A model generated the notes under the pieces. The model was not told where the DNA came from. It searched no databases and saw nothing but the letters and a program-made list of their open reading frames with translations. From Bacillota bacterium (lineage in GTDB: Bacteria > Bacillota > Clostridia > Christensenellales > UBA1431): 64,000 nucleotides of DNA. Each line of letters starts with the position of its first letter. The first letter of the stretch is position 1. The DNA lies in the NCBI GenBank assembly GCA_049324235.1, contig JBMOLJ010000062.1, positions 3,663 through 67,662 of the forward strand, written 5' to 3'. The translations under genes were made by a program, and so were the position numbers. Shown piece by piece: positions 48,520 through 56,997 of this stretch.

Positions 48520-50253
48520 ATGTATAATACGTTCGACCTTGATACAATAAACCTAACCAAATATATGTTTTTTACTGGAAAAGGCGGAGTTGGGAAAACA
48601 TCGATCGCTTGTGCCGTTTCCGTCAACTTAGTTGATAAAGGAAAAAAAGTCTTACTTATCAGCACTGACCCAGCATCCAATCTTCAGGATGTTTTCAACA
48701 CCGAACTTGACGGAAAAGGCGTACCGATTGCGGGCGCGGATGGACTTATCGTAGCGAACTTGAATCCCGAAGAAACAGCAAGAGAATATAGAGAGTCGAT
48801 AATTAATCCTTACAGGGGGAAATTCACGGATGCTGTGATCTCCAACATGGAGGAACAGCTTTCGGGCTCCTGCACCGTTGAAATCGCAGCTTTTGACCAG
48901 TTTTCCAACTTTATTGCAAACAAAGAATTGTCCGAAAAGTATGATCATATTATTTTTGACACTGCCCCAACAGGCCATACCTTAAGATTCCTTCAGCTTC
49001 CGTCAGCTTGGAGCAATTATATCAACGAAAGCTCTCATGGCATGACAAAAATTGGCCAGCTGTCCGGACTAGGCCACAAAAAGAATGTTTATGAAAATGT
49101 GGTTAAGAATTTAGCAGACCCCAAAAAGACTACGCTCATTTTAGTATCGCGTCCTGAGAAAACACCACTTTTAGAGGCCGAACGCTCCAGTGGAGAACTT
49201 TCGGATTTAGGGATACACAACCAGCTCCTCATTATCAACGGCGTTTTAAATGAAACAACCGATCAAATATCTGAGCAACTGTTCAAAAAGCAACGGGAAG
49301 CTTTAGCAAATATGCCGGCAAGGATAAAAATGCTTCGCACCTATACGCTACCGCTCCGTTCGTATAGCATTCAAGGGCTTGAAAAGATACGAGCCTTTTT
49401 TAAAGAAGATGTGTATCGTTTATCGGGTGATAATGATATAAAGATCAATATTCCAAGCCTGAAAGCGCTCATTCAAGATATCCGGGAATCAGGAAAAAAG
49501 GTAGTATTTGTAATGGGGAAAGGGGGCGTAGGAAAGACCACCATCGCTGCCTCCGTCGCTTATTCTCTTGCCAAAAATGGTGTTAAAGTGCATTTGACGT
49601 CAACCGACCCGGCGAATCATCTTGAATATTTTATTAACAGCACCCCAAACATCACATTAAGCAAAATCGATGAAAAAGAAGAACTCGAAAAGTACAAAGC
49701 GGAAATATTGAACAGGGCCAGTGAAACCATGAGCGCTAATGATCTTGCCTATATAGAAGAAGACCTCAGAGCTCCTTGCACACAGGAAATTGCCGTTTTC
49801 AGAGCCTTTGCAGAAATTGTTGACAAAGCCGAGAACGAAGTGGTGATCATTGATACTGCTCCGACAGGGCACACCTTGCTTTTGCTCGATTCAACGCAGA
49901 GTTACCACAGAGAGGTTCAGCGCACCAAAGGCGAAATGCCGCTATCCGTGCAAAAGCTGCTTCCCAGACTGAGAGATGAAAAACAAACGGAGGTTGTCAT
50001 TGTAACGCTACCCGAGGCAACCCCTGTTTATGAAGCTTGCCGTCTTCGTGAAGATTTACAAAGAGCAGGTATCAACAATAAATGGTGGGTGATCAATCAA
50101 AGCTTATCCATGGCTAATACGGAAGACGGCGTTCTCTGTGCCCGCTCTCAGGCAGAAGCCCAATGGATAGAAAAAGTTCAGGAAATCAGCAATAACCATT
50201 ATGCTGCAATCCCATGGCTTCACGATTCTTCTATACAAAACATTTGTGAGTGA
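48520..50253 (+). CDS. arsA: Arsenical pump-driving ATPase ArsA (two-halved)
   Basis: Two P-loops (GKGGVGKTS, GKGGVGKTT) and two DTAPTGHT signal motifs. Cys equivalents of R773 C113 (SGSCT) and C422 (RAPCT) are present; the C172 position is Lys. Confidence 0.92.
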   Translation: MYNTFDLDTINLTKYMFFTGKGGVGKTSIACAVSVNLVDKGKKVLLISTDPASNLQDVFNTELDGKGVPIAGADGLIVANLNPEETAREYRESIINPYRGKFTDAVISNMEEQLSGSCTVEIAAFDQFSNFIANKELSEKYDHIIFDTAPTGHTLRFLQLPSAWSNYINESSHGMTKIGQLSGLGHKKNVYENVVKNLADPKKTTLILVSRPEKTPLLEAERSSGELSDLGIHNQLLIINGVLNETTDQISEQLFKKQREALANMPARIKMLRTYTLPLRSYSIQGLEKIRAFFKEDVYRLSGDNDIKINIPSLKALIQDIRESGKKVVFVMGKGGVGKTTIAASVAYSLAKNGVKVHLTSTDPANHLEYFINSTPNITLSKIDEKEELEKYKAEILNRASETMSANDLAYIEEDLRAPCTQEIAVFRAFAEIVDKAENEVVIIDTAPTGHTLLLLDSTQSYHREVQRTKGEMPLSVQKLLPRLRDEKQTEVVIVTLPEATPVYEACRLREDLQRAGINNKWWVINQSLSMANTEDGVLCARSQAEAQWIEKVQEISNNHYAAIPWLHDSSIQNICE

Positions 50254-50275
50254 TGATGAATCTTTCATCAATAAA

Positions 50276-50320
50276 AGATCAATCCCGGTTTGAGTATAAA
50301 ACTGGGATTGATCTTTTTTT
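50276..50320 (+). terminator. Rho-independent terminator of the ars cassette
   Basis: AGATCAATCCC-17 nt-GGGATTGATCT followed by TTTTTTT. Confidence 0.78.
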
Positions 50321-50566
50321 AGGCTTTAACAAAACTTACAGTCTTCCGTCTTAGACCGTGTCACGAGAAGTTCGCAATTTGGGGGAATCCGAAAATGAAT
50401 CAAGCTGCTTTTTGCAGCAGTACCTGAAGGGCTTGCGGACTGAGATACGCGCGTGAGGCTGACCCTAGTCCTCGGCATATTCTAGGAGGTATGTCGTTAC
50501 CAGCCGCAAGTATGAATCCGGACTCGGAAAGATTCCGACAACACTCGTTCTGCGGGGAGGTATCCC

Positions 50567-51778
50567 CTAAAAATCTTCCCTCAAAGCATTAACCGCATCA
50601 ACTTCCGCCTTCATTCTTTCTTCCCAGCTCCAAAAGTTCCGTTTTGCATATTCCTTTGCGTTTTCCCCCAGCATGTTTTTCAGCTTTTTGTCCGTCAATA
50701 AACGGACAATTGCCGATGAAACATCGAACGGCTCCTGCTTGAGTAATATACCGTTTACTTCATTTTCAATCACCTTATACGTCTCGCCGATATTAAGCGT
50801 TATAATCGCCTTTCCGTATCGCATAGCTTCCATCAACGGATTCCCAAGATTACTCAGATCGTATAATGAAAGAAATATGTCCGCACAGCTGTAATATTTC
50901 CACACGTCTTTTTGCTCAACAGGGCCCGTAAATATTACGCTGTCCTGAACGCCCGTCTTTTCCGCAAGGCTCTTCAGATTTTCATATTCCTCGCCGCCGC
51001 CGACTATTACCAGCTTACAATCAGGAAAACGCTTCAATACATCCGGCATAGCATTAATGGCGCGGTCAACCCTTTTCCAATTTTGGAGCCTTGACACAGT
51101 CAGCAACACCGGTGCTGTCCGGGATATTTCGAGTTGATCGCGGACGGCGTTCCTTGTATCAAAAAAGCTTTCGTTTAGGGGTATGTCCTGACCGTTCTTC
51201 CAGAAAAATATCTTTTCGGTCTTGTTGCCCAGACGTTGTAATACCTTGTCCCCTTCCGTACCATCATCGGTCATAATGATCATATCGCTTTTTAGTTCCA
51301 AAGCCTTATAGTGGTTGAACTTCCGAATCCGCTGAAGCCTTGTGTCCTTAAAGTCTTTGAGTATCGTACCCTGAAACCTCGTTATCAATGGCAGATGATA
51401 TTTGCTGCTCAGCTTTTTACCCGGCATAACGGCATCGACCTCGTAGGCGTAAAGAACGCACCCGCCTTTATTTTCATTAATAATTTTTGCTGCCGTTTTA
51501 TAAAAACGGCTTGTTAAAACGGGTGATGCAATAAACCTTGCAAAGAAGCGAACTTTTGGTATTCTATTGAAAAAGTCGAATACAGTGTGATTAAATTTGA
51601 CCATGCTGCATCCGGCAACGTTATAAGTCTTCCTGTACCTGCTGAATGGCTGAATCAGCGTAACATCCCAGCCATTATCAACATAGGCCTTCACTGTATT
51701 GTAAAACGATGGCGCCCCTTTCCCCTCGCCTATGGACCATAAATCCAGATTTGACATCATTATCATTCTTTTATCCAT
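50567..51778 (-). CDS. Glycosyltransferase family 4
   Basis: GT-B fold with the C-terminal EGLGNPLMEAM-type motif (LSNLGNPLMEAMRYGKAII). ATG at 51778 has GGAG at 8 nt. Confidence 0.85.
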   Translation of the reverse strand: MDKRMIMMSNLDLWSIGEGKGAPSFYNTVKAYVDNGWDVTLIQPFSRYRKTYNVAGCSMVKFNHTVFDFFNRIPKVRFFARFIASPVLTSRFYKTAAKIINENKGGCVLYAYEVDAVMPGKKLSSKYHLPLITRFQGTILKDFKDTRLQRIRKFNHYKALELKSDMIIMTDDGTEGDKVLQRLGNKTEKIFFWKNGQDIPLNESFFDTRNAVRDQLEISRTAPVLLTVSRLQNWKRVDRAINAMPDVLKRFPDCKLVIVGGGEEYENLKSLAEKTGVQDSVIFTGPVEQKDVWKYYSCADIFLSLYDLSNLGNPLMEAMRYGKAIITLNIGETYKVIENEVNGILLKQEPFDVSSAIVRLLTDKKLKNMLGENAKEYAKRNFWSWEERMKAEVDAVNALREDF

Positions 51779-51809
51779 ATTTAATACTCCGGTTGACAAG
51801 CATAATAAG

Positions 51810-52952
51810 CTAGCATTTTTTGATAAGTTCGATCTCTCTTTTTATCACGACAGCAACCCCACACTTGTTGTGGATGAAATCGGAGGCCTTCTTTGAATAT
51901 TCCAGGAACTTTTCGGGGTTATTATACAGGTCTTCAACGGCCTCGGCAAGATCCATGTAATTATCGGCCAAGTATCCGCATGAATCCGGTACGTATTCAG
52001 GGATAGCCGAGTTGTTTGAGGATATGGGCACCAGGCCGCTGCTCATGCCCTCGCATGTGGAAATGCCATGCGTATCCTGATAGGAGGGCATCAGCATGAC
52101 GCCGTTTTGTGCATGCAATTCAACGATTTCACTATGGCTGAAGAACCTTCTTTGCAGCTGTACGTTCGGGTATTGTTTCAACGGCTTAACCGTACTTTTC
52201 CAAAGCCTGCCGTCACCACAAAACGTAAACTTCAGCTCATTAAAAAACGGTTTTTTCGCAAGTTCCTGAATCGCTTTAACAGTTAAGTCATTGGCATATT
52301 TCTTTGATTCAAACGACCGTATGGTCAATATCCTTAGTCTGTCGTCCTCTTTTTTCTGCCGATAGGGAAATACCTTTTCATCAATGATATTAGGGATCAC
52401 GCTGTAATGCTTTATCTTGCCTATGGAATGAATGTCCCTCTCCGCAACGCTTTTGAGCCAGTCTGATACGAACACGCAATGGATAGTATCGCCGTGTTTC
52501 TTGATGGCCCGATGCAAAAAAACCCTTTGCAATGTGTTGAGCAACGTATAGCCCGCAAATTTGATTACGTTTTTAAATCGCAAATTATACAGTCTCCTGT
52601 GCCAGGCAATGATATCGACACCGTGGAACCATATGATAAGGGGTGTTTTGGGTGCCGCTTTGATTACGGCCGAAACGACCCTTTTCAGACCGTAATGAAT
52701 GAGTATCTTCTCATATTTTTCTTTTTTTATTCTCTCCGCAAGCTCTTTTACGTTTCCCTGTTCTACGCTCACCGCCTCATAAACATATTTCGCACCATGC
52801 CTTCGCCTCGCAAAGGGTTTCCTGTCAACCGAAAAAACTTCCACGTTCAGGCCTTCCGCAATGTAGTTCCTTACTCTGGCATGTACGAAAGCGTTGCTGT
52901 ATTTATGCGTACCGCTGGGGTAACCCGGCGTGACGACCAGATATTTTTTCAT
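51810..52952 (-). CDS. Glycosyltransferase family 4
   Basis: GT-B fold with a DTHGISTCEGMSSGLVPI (E-x7-E region) motif. Confidence 0.8.
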   Translation of the reverse strand: MKKYLVVTPGYPSGTHKYSNAFVHARVRNYIAEGLNVEVFSVDRKPFARRRHGAKYVYEAVSVEQGNVKELAERIKKEKYEKILIHYGLKRVVSAVIKAAPKTPLIIWFHGVDIIAWHRRLYNLRFKNVIKFAGYTLLNTLQRVFLHRAIKKHGDTIHCVFVSDWLKSVAERDIHSIGKIKHYSVIPNIIDEKVFPYRQKKEDDRLRILTIRSFESKKYANDLTVKAIQELAKKPFFNELKFTFCGDGRLWKSTVKPLKQYPNVQLQRRFFSHSEIVELHAQNGVMLMPSYQDTHGISTCEGMSSGLVPISSNNSAIPEYVPDSCGYLADNYMDLAEAVEDLYNNPEKFLEYSKKASDFIHNKCGVAVVIKREIELIKKC

Positions 52953-54328
52953 ATGCTCTCTCCTTCATTAACCGGTGCACCCGCCTTTTTCTTTCTGGCA
53001 AACGAAATGAAAAGGCAAGCAGCCAAAAGAGCGACATACACGCTTACTGCCGGAGCGGTCAGCACATGGCCTGCGATATATGCAATCCCCAGGCTCAGGA
53101 TTAATCCTACAATATACCCCATCGTTATATCACTGGCAATACTCTCTCTGCATCTCTTGATTGCAGCAAATGCAATCCTTGCAAAAATGATCAGCACAGG
53201 GATAAAATAAATGATAAAACCCAGGATCCCAAACTGATAGAAAACGGTGTAAAAATCCATCTCTATGCTTTTATACGTTTGTATTTGATTATCCTTGATT
53301 ACTGTAGACCCCAAACCAAGTATTTTTCGCAACGCCGAATCCTTTTCGAACTCCTCTGCCGTTTTTTCAAGATAAATATCCCTGCTGCTGAAAATGACAT
53401 TAGTAGGATCAGGTCCAGCGTTATCGCTCGACGTACCATCACCAAAAAAATCACTAATTCCGTGCACATTGACGGAAGCCATGTGATTGGATAAATTTTT
53501 GCCGGATGCCGTGTAAGGCAACACAGCAATTGTTAATATGATCATTGCTAAAGAAACTATTGAAATAATGGCTGAACTTTTTTTCTTTTCCGATATAAAC
53601 ATTCTTATTATATGGATGAGAAGCAGCATCCCAAAGGTAATAAGTATACACAGCATAGGGACTTTTGTTCCGATATTTAAAGAAATAACTCCATATACTG
53701 TTATGATGATAAGGGCAGTAATGAGTTTTTTTATACTGCATGCAGCATCGAGAGCGTTAATAATATATAAAACCACAACAGGGAACAATATTCCCACAAT
53801 GGTTCCTGTTTCATTTGCTGCGAAAAACCACCCCGAAGTGCCTAATTTCCCACTGCCGTAACTAATAAAGTCAGTCCCCGTAGCAATAGCGAGTAATATC
53901 AGCCCCACATATGCAAGTACGGTTATAACAATGTATTTTGGATCAAAGCTCTTTTCCTGGTCATCCAGAACAGGTATCAAACACAGCAGCAACATGGGGA
54001 AATAAAAGCTTTTTGCAAGTGATTTCAGTTCCAGGAACAGAACGGAAGAATTTTTTTCGGAAACCATATACAGAAGATAAACCAATGAAAATGCAACAAC
54101 ACCCACAGAATACCAGATAACATATTTCTTGTATCTTGATTTGCTCATAAACAGACAATAATAAACAGCTAACAATAAAAAAGCAATCCTGATGATCATA
54201 CCGATAGTCAGGCTGAAATCCGTATATCTCACAAGAAAAGATGTGATTACATCAATTATTGGTTGAATAAACAAAAAAACGATAAGGACCCATATTGCTT
54301 TCTGCTGTACATTACTTGTTTCTCTCAT
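52949..54328 (-). CDS. O-antigen ligase/polymerase-like membrane protein (Wzy-like)
   Basis: 459 aa with about 11 TM segments and one large loop. It sits between GT genes and is very AT-rich. Confidence 0.7.
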   Translation of the reverse strand: MRETSNVQQKAIWVLIVFLFIQPIIDVITSFLVRYTDFSLTIGMIIRIAFLLLAVYYCLFMSKSRYKKYVIWYSVGVVAFSLVYLLYMVSEKNSSVLFLELKSLAKSFYFPMLLLCLIPVLDDQEKSFDPKYIVITVLAYVGLILLAIATGTDFISYGSGKLGTSGWFFAANETGTIVGILFPVVVLYIINALDAACSIKKLITALIIITVYGVISLNIGTKVPMLCILITFGMLLLIHIIRMFISEKKKSSAIISIVSLAMIILTIAVLPYTASGKNLSNHMASVNVHGISDFFGDGTSSDNAGPDPTNVIFSSRDIYLEKTAEEFEKDSALRKILGLGSTVIKDNQIQTYKSIEMDFYTVFYQFGILGFIIYFIPVLIIFARIAFAAIKRCRESIASDITMGYIVGLILSLGIAYIAGHVLTAPAVSVYVALLAACLFISFARKKKAGAPVNEGESI

Positions 54329-55373
54329 TTATAAGCCTCTCTACCATCTCTAAATAAATCTCGGAATTATCTTCGCCCTGACATTGCGGTACAGCCTTTT
54401 TCTTCTCAATGATTATCTTATCAAAATCATTTTTATCCTGTATATTCACCATGCGTTTCGTTGCAATCAACATAGTATCTACCGCGCACATCTGACCGCC
54501 CTGAAAAATCGTATAGACCGGCGTTCCGACAGCGGCGGCTTCACGGTTGATCGTTCCGCCCGCACCGATGACAAGGTCGCAGGAAGCGACAAGATCGATC
54601 CCGTTGATGACTTTTTCAGGTATAATGACGTTTTTATACCCTTTTGCAACATATTCCTGCTTCTGGGACTCTACGCGCGGCAGTACGATAATCACCGGGT
54701 TTTTCTCATGATTATCCAGATACTCCAATAAATCAAAGCTCAGCGTATTCTTGTTTGTCTGGTAATGCGCCTGGGTTGCCTCCGGCCTCATCACGATGAT
54801 GACCCTTTTTTCGTCGACGTCTAGCACTTGCGTTATCGGATTATGCTTCGCGTCATATTTCTTATTGTACAAATCCAAATAATATCCGATATAAAACTGT
54901 TCCTTCAACCCGGGATAAAAGACGACTTTGTCCTTTGCGCCGAATTTTTTCAGGACCTTCTCCGGCACACCCGCAGGCGAGAGTATAAACCTGCTTAACC
55001 GGAAACTGATATGGTGGCCGAAACTGTATTCATAATCAAACAATGTCATATGCGGTATCTTCAGTCTTCTGGCCGCTATCATCAGATCCTGCGAGCCCAT
55101 GCTGACCGCCGCGTCAAAATTCTTATCCTTGCCGAATTTATACAACGTGTTCGATCTTTCGAACAAGCCCATTAGTTTCTTGAGCTTGCTTTTCCCCCGG
55201 TGCCTGCCAATCATATGATGCTCTATTTCAAACAGTTCCAATAAACCCTTTGTCTGCGCGTATTCCCTTGCCGTAACGACTACTTCATACCCGCGCGCTT
55301 TCAGCTTTTGAATAATGGGATTATAAAAGATAACATGCGGGGAATTCGTGATATCCAACCAGATTTTTTGCAT
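54312..55373 (-). CDS. DUF354 protein (GT-B-like, function unproven)
   Basis: MQKIWLDITNSPHVIFYNPIIQKLKARGYEV..., GAGGTINREAAAVGTPV is typical of DUF354. Confidence 0.7.
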   Translation of the reverse strand: MQKIWLDITNSPHVIFYNPIIQKLKARGYEVVVTAREYAQTKGLLELFEIEHHMIGRHRGKSKLKKLMGLFERSNTLYKFGKDKNFDAAVSMGSQDLMIAARRLKIPHMTLFDYEYSFGHHISFRLSRFILSPAGVPEKVLKKFGAKDKVVFYPGLKEQFYIGYYLDLYNKKYDAKHNPITQVLDVDEKRVIIVMRPEATQAHYQTNKNTLSFDLLEYLDNHEKNPVIIVLPRVESQKQEYVAKGYKNVIIPEKVINGIDLVASCDLVIGAGGTINREAAAVGTPVYTIFQGGQMCAVDTMLIATKRMVNIQDKNDFDKIIIEKKKAVPQCQGEDNSEIYLEMVERLINERNK

Positions 55374-55414
55374 TTTGTGTTTTTGTCCTTCTTTTGGATT
55401 AATGGAGATTCCGG

Positions 55415-56125
55415 TTATAATGAGGCCCTGTCGGATGCTTTGTTTTCATATGCCGTTTCGTCCGGCTCCGTTCGGGTACATCCTGTTTTTTTCTCGTTAT
55501 ATATTACTCTAAGATTTCTGACGCTTGTTTCCACAGAATCGCCTTCAAAAATCCCTTCCTTTTTTAGCACCGAAACAATCGTTTTCCAGAAGATGAAAAG
55601 ATCCGCCCCGAAACTGATCTTATCAGCGTAAATAGCGTCGTATCTCGCCTTTTGCTTGACGCCGACGGCGTCGCGTCCCCGTATTTGGGCAAGCCCTGTG
55701 ATCCCCGGATAAACTTTTTCATATACACGCCGTTTATCCCTCTCGCAAATTAAATCCGTTTCATTCCAAACCACCGGCCGGGGGCCTATGATGCTCATTT
55801 CCCCCTTGAGCACATTCAGCAATTGCGGGAACTCGTCCAGGCTGGTCCTCCTTAAAAACCCTCCTACTTTCGTAATATACAGATGAGGGTTTCCAAGGTC
55901 GCGCGTGGGGCTGTATTTCGGCGCATCCGTGCGCATTGTGCGGAACTTGTAAACCTTGAAGGTTTTTTTCCGGTACCCTACCCTCTCCTGCTTGAACAAT
56001 ACCGGACCTTCGGAATCGATCTTCAGTGCTGCCGCTATGGCAATATAGAACGGCACAAACAAAACCAATGCACAAAACGCAACGAGCTTATCGATAACCC
56101 TTTTGATGATTTTTCTATACAGCAT
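55415..56125 (-). CDS. Small (PglC/WbaP C-terminal type) undecaprenyl-phosphate sugar phosphotransferase, priming enzyme
   Basis: Single re-entrant helix followed by GPVLFKQERVGYRKKTFKVYKFRTM...DEFPQLLNVLKGEMSIIGPRP. Confidence 0.88.
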   Translation of the reverse strand: MLYRKIIKRVIDKLVAFCALVLFVPFYIAIAAALKIDSEGPVLFKQERVGYRKKTFKVYKFRTMRTDAPKYSPTRDLGNPHLYITKVGGFLRRTSLDEFPQLLNVLKGEMSIIGPRPVVWNETDLICERDKRRVYEKVYPGITGLAQIRGRDAVGVKQKARYDAIYADKISFGADLFIFWKTIVSVLKKEGIFEGDSVETSVRNLRVIYNEKKTGCTRTEPDETAYENKASDRASL

Positions 56126-56184
56126 AGGCCCGTCCCAACCTTACCCCCCAAGTGTTACCCGCAAACCAGACCCCAAACACTTTG

Positions 56185-56213
56185 ATTTTAGTATATATTG
56201 ATTTTAATGTCAA
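56185..56213 (-). promoter_or_regulatory. Sigma-A type promoter of the polysaccharide locus
   Basis: Reverse strand reads TTGACA-17 nt-TAAAAT, about 55 nt upstream of the priming transferase start. Confidence 0.55.
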
Positions 56214-56364
56214 TTGCTGCATGTAAGACGATACGTTTGTCGTAATCGGGCGAAGGCGGGGCAACGGGATTAATTTGGCGCGCTAAACAACCGTATACCG
56301 CTCTGGATTCCTCAATACGGTTTAGTTGCAAAACCATCCGTCGCGCCCTTTGAATTTGAACATT

Positions 56365-56406
56365 AAAAAACAGAGAAATCCCCGAAAGCAACACGATTTC
56401 GGGGAT
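56365..56406 (-). terminator. Rho-independent terminator after tRNA-Gln
   Basis: Reverse strand reads ATCCCCGAAA-9 nt-TTTCGGGGAT followed by TTCTCTGTTTTTT. Confidence 0.72.
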
Positions 56407-56411
56407 CCGTT

Positions 56412-56485
56412 TGGCAGCGGAACTAGGATTCGAACCTAGACAATACGAGTCAGAGTCGTAGGTGCTACCGTTACACTATTCCGCT
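56412..56485 (-). tRNA. tRNA-Gln (anticodon CUG), CCA-encoded
   Basis: Hand-folded cloverleaf. Acceptor AGCGGAA/TTCCGCT; D stem GTGT/GCAC; anticodon stem TACGA/TCGTA with loop CTCTGAC; T arm CTAGG-TTCGAAT-CCTAG; discriminator G plus CCA. 74 nt. Confidence 0.9.
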
Positions 56486-56506
56486 TCGCAGTTCAAACCA
56501 CTCGGT

Positions 56507-56536
56507 ATTGTAGCAAAAAAAGTACAGTGGTGTCAA
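56507..56536 (-). promoter_or_regulatory. Sigma-A type promoter of tRNA-Gln
   Basis: Reverse strand reads TTGACA-18 nt-TACAAT, about 20 nt upstream of the mature tRNA 5' end. Confidence 0.6.
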
Positions 56537-56544
56537 CAAAAAAA

Positions 56545-56760
56545 ACAAAAAATCCCGCGGTGCCGTTCACTCGGATTTAATTACCCGCCTCAAGGCAGGT
56601 GGGTGCTCCGCCTGAGCCATCAGCCTTCCCTCCATTATAGGGCATGACATCCTGCACCGGACAGTTGCTCCCAAATTCACAATGTGGGAATTAAACCTAA
56701 GCGTAACCAACACCCCAGGATTTTAAGTCATAATCTCGCCCCCTTATCAAAGGGAGCGTA
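56545..56760 (-). ncRNA. Free-standing structured RNA with cobalamin-riboswitch-like core motifs and terminator
   Basis: It has its own promoter (56766-56794). About 215 nt without an ORF contain, in order, GGTTTAATTCCCA, TGGGAGCAACTGT, GCCCTATAATGGAGGGAAGGC and CTCAGG...ACCTGCC. It ends in a hairpin (56550-56578) plus a U-run. The family call is made by eye only. Confidence 0.45.
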
Positions 56761-56765
56761 CCATT

Positions 56766-56794
56766 ATTCTAGTGTATTTGCGCATCCTTGTCAA
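56766..56794 (-). promoter_or_regulatory. Sigma-A type promoter of the riboswitch-like RNA
   Basis: Reverse strand reads TTGACA-17 nt-TAGAAT. Confidence 0.62.
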
Positions 56795-56997
56795 CGCCTG
56801 CAACGCAGCTGACGCCCGGTATTCTTTGGAATCATCCTCCAGTTCTGCCACCCCTGAAATCATGATATTCCGCCGCGTGCAAAAGATTTACAACAATTGC
56901 TTCATTACTGCATATAACGCATGCTATTTGTGGACCGGAATTCCGCCCTCTTCGTTCTGCTTGTCCGGCGCCCATAGGTAAAACCGGTTATTGTAAC

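Noticed and set aside
50321-50566. Group II intron 3' end (domain V/VI), hammerhead/twister ribozyme or retron msr/msd as explanations for the unassigned block.
   Set aside because: There is no domain V-like AGC...bulged 34-nt hairpin, no CUGANGA...GAAA core with proper helices, and no reverse transcriptase or intron-encoded protein nearby. Left as unassigned.
56545-56760. Alternative identities for the free-standing RNA: SRP RNA, 6S RNA, T-box leader, ydaO, SAM, ZTP or Moco riboswitches.
   Set aside because: The SRP domain IV motif (GGAAGCAGC/GGCAGG) is absent. The 5' and 3' ends do not form the long closing helix of 6S RNA. There is no specifier or AGAGA/T-box GGTGGTACCGCG sequence, only a partial GGCACCGCGGG. 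The core motifs of the other riboswitch families were not found. The cobalamin-like motifs fit best, but the call remains unverified.
56462-56981. Track ORFs 56462-56647 (+) and 56772-56981 (+).
   Set aside because: They overlap the tRNA-Gln gene and its promoter, and the riboswitch-like RNA and its promoter, on the other strand. They have no RBS or homology, and the region is better explained by RNA genes.
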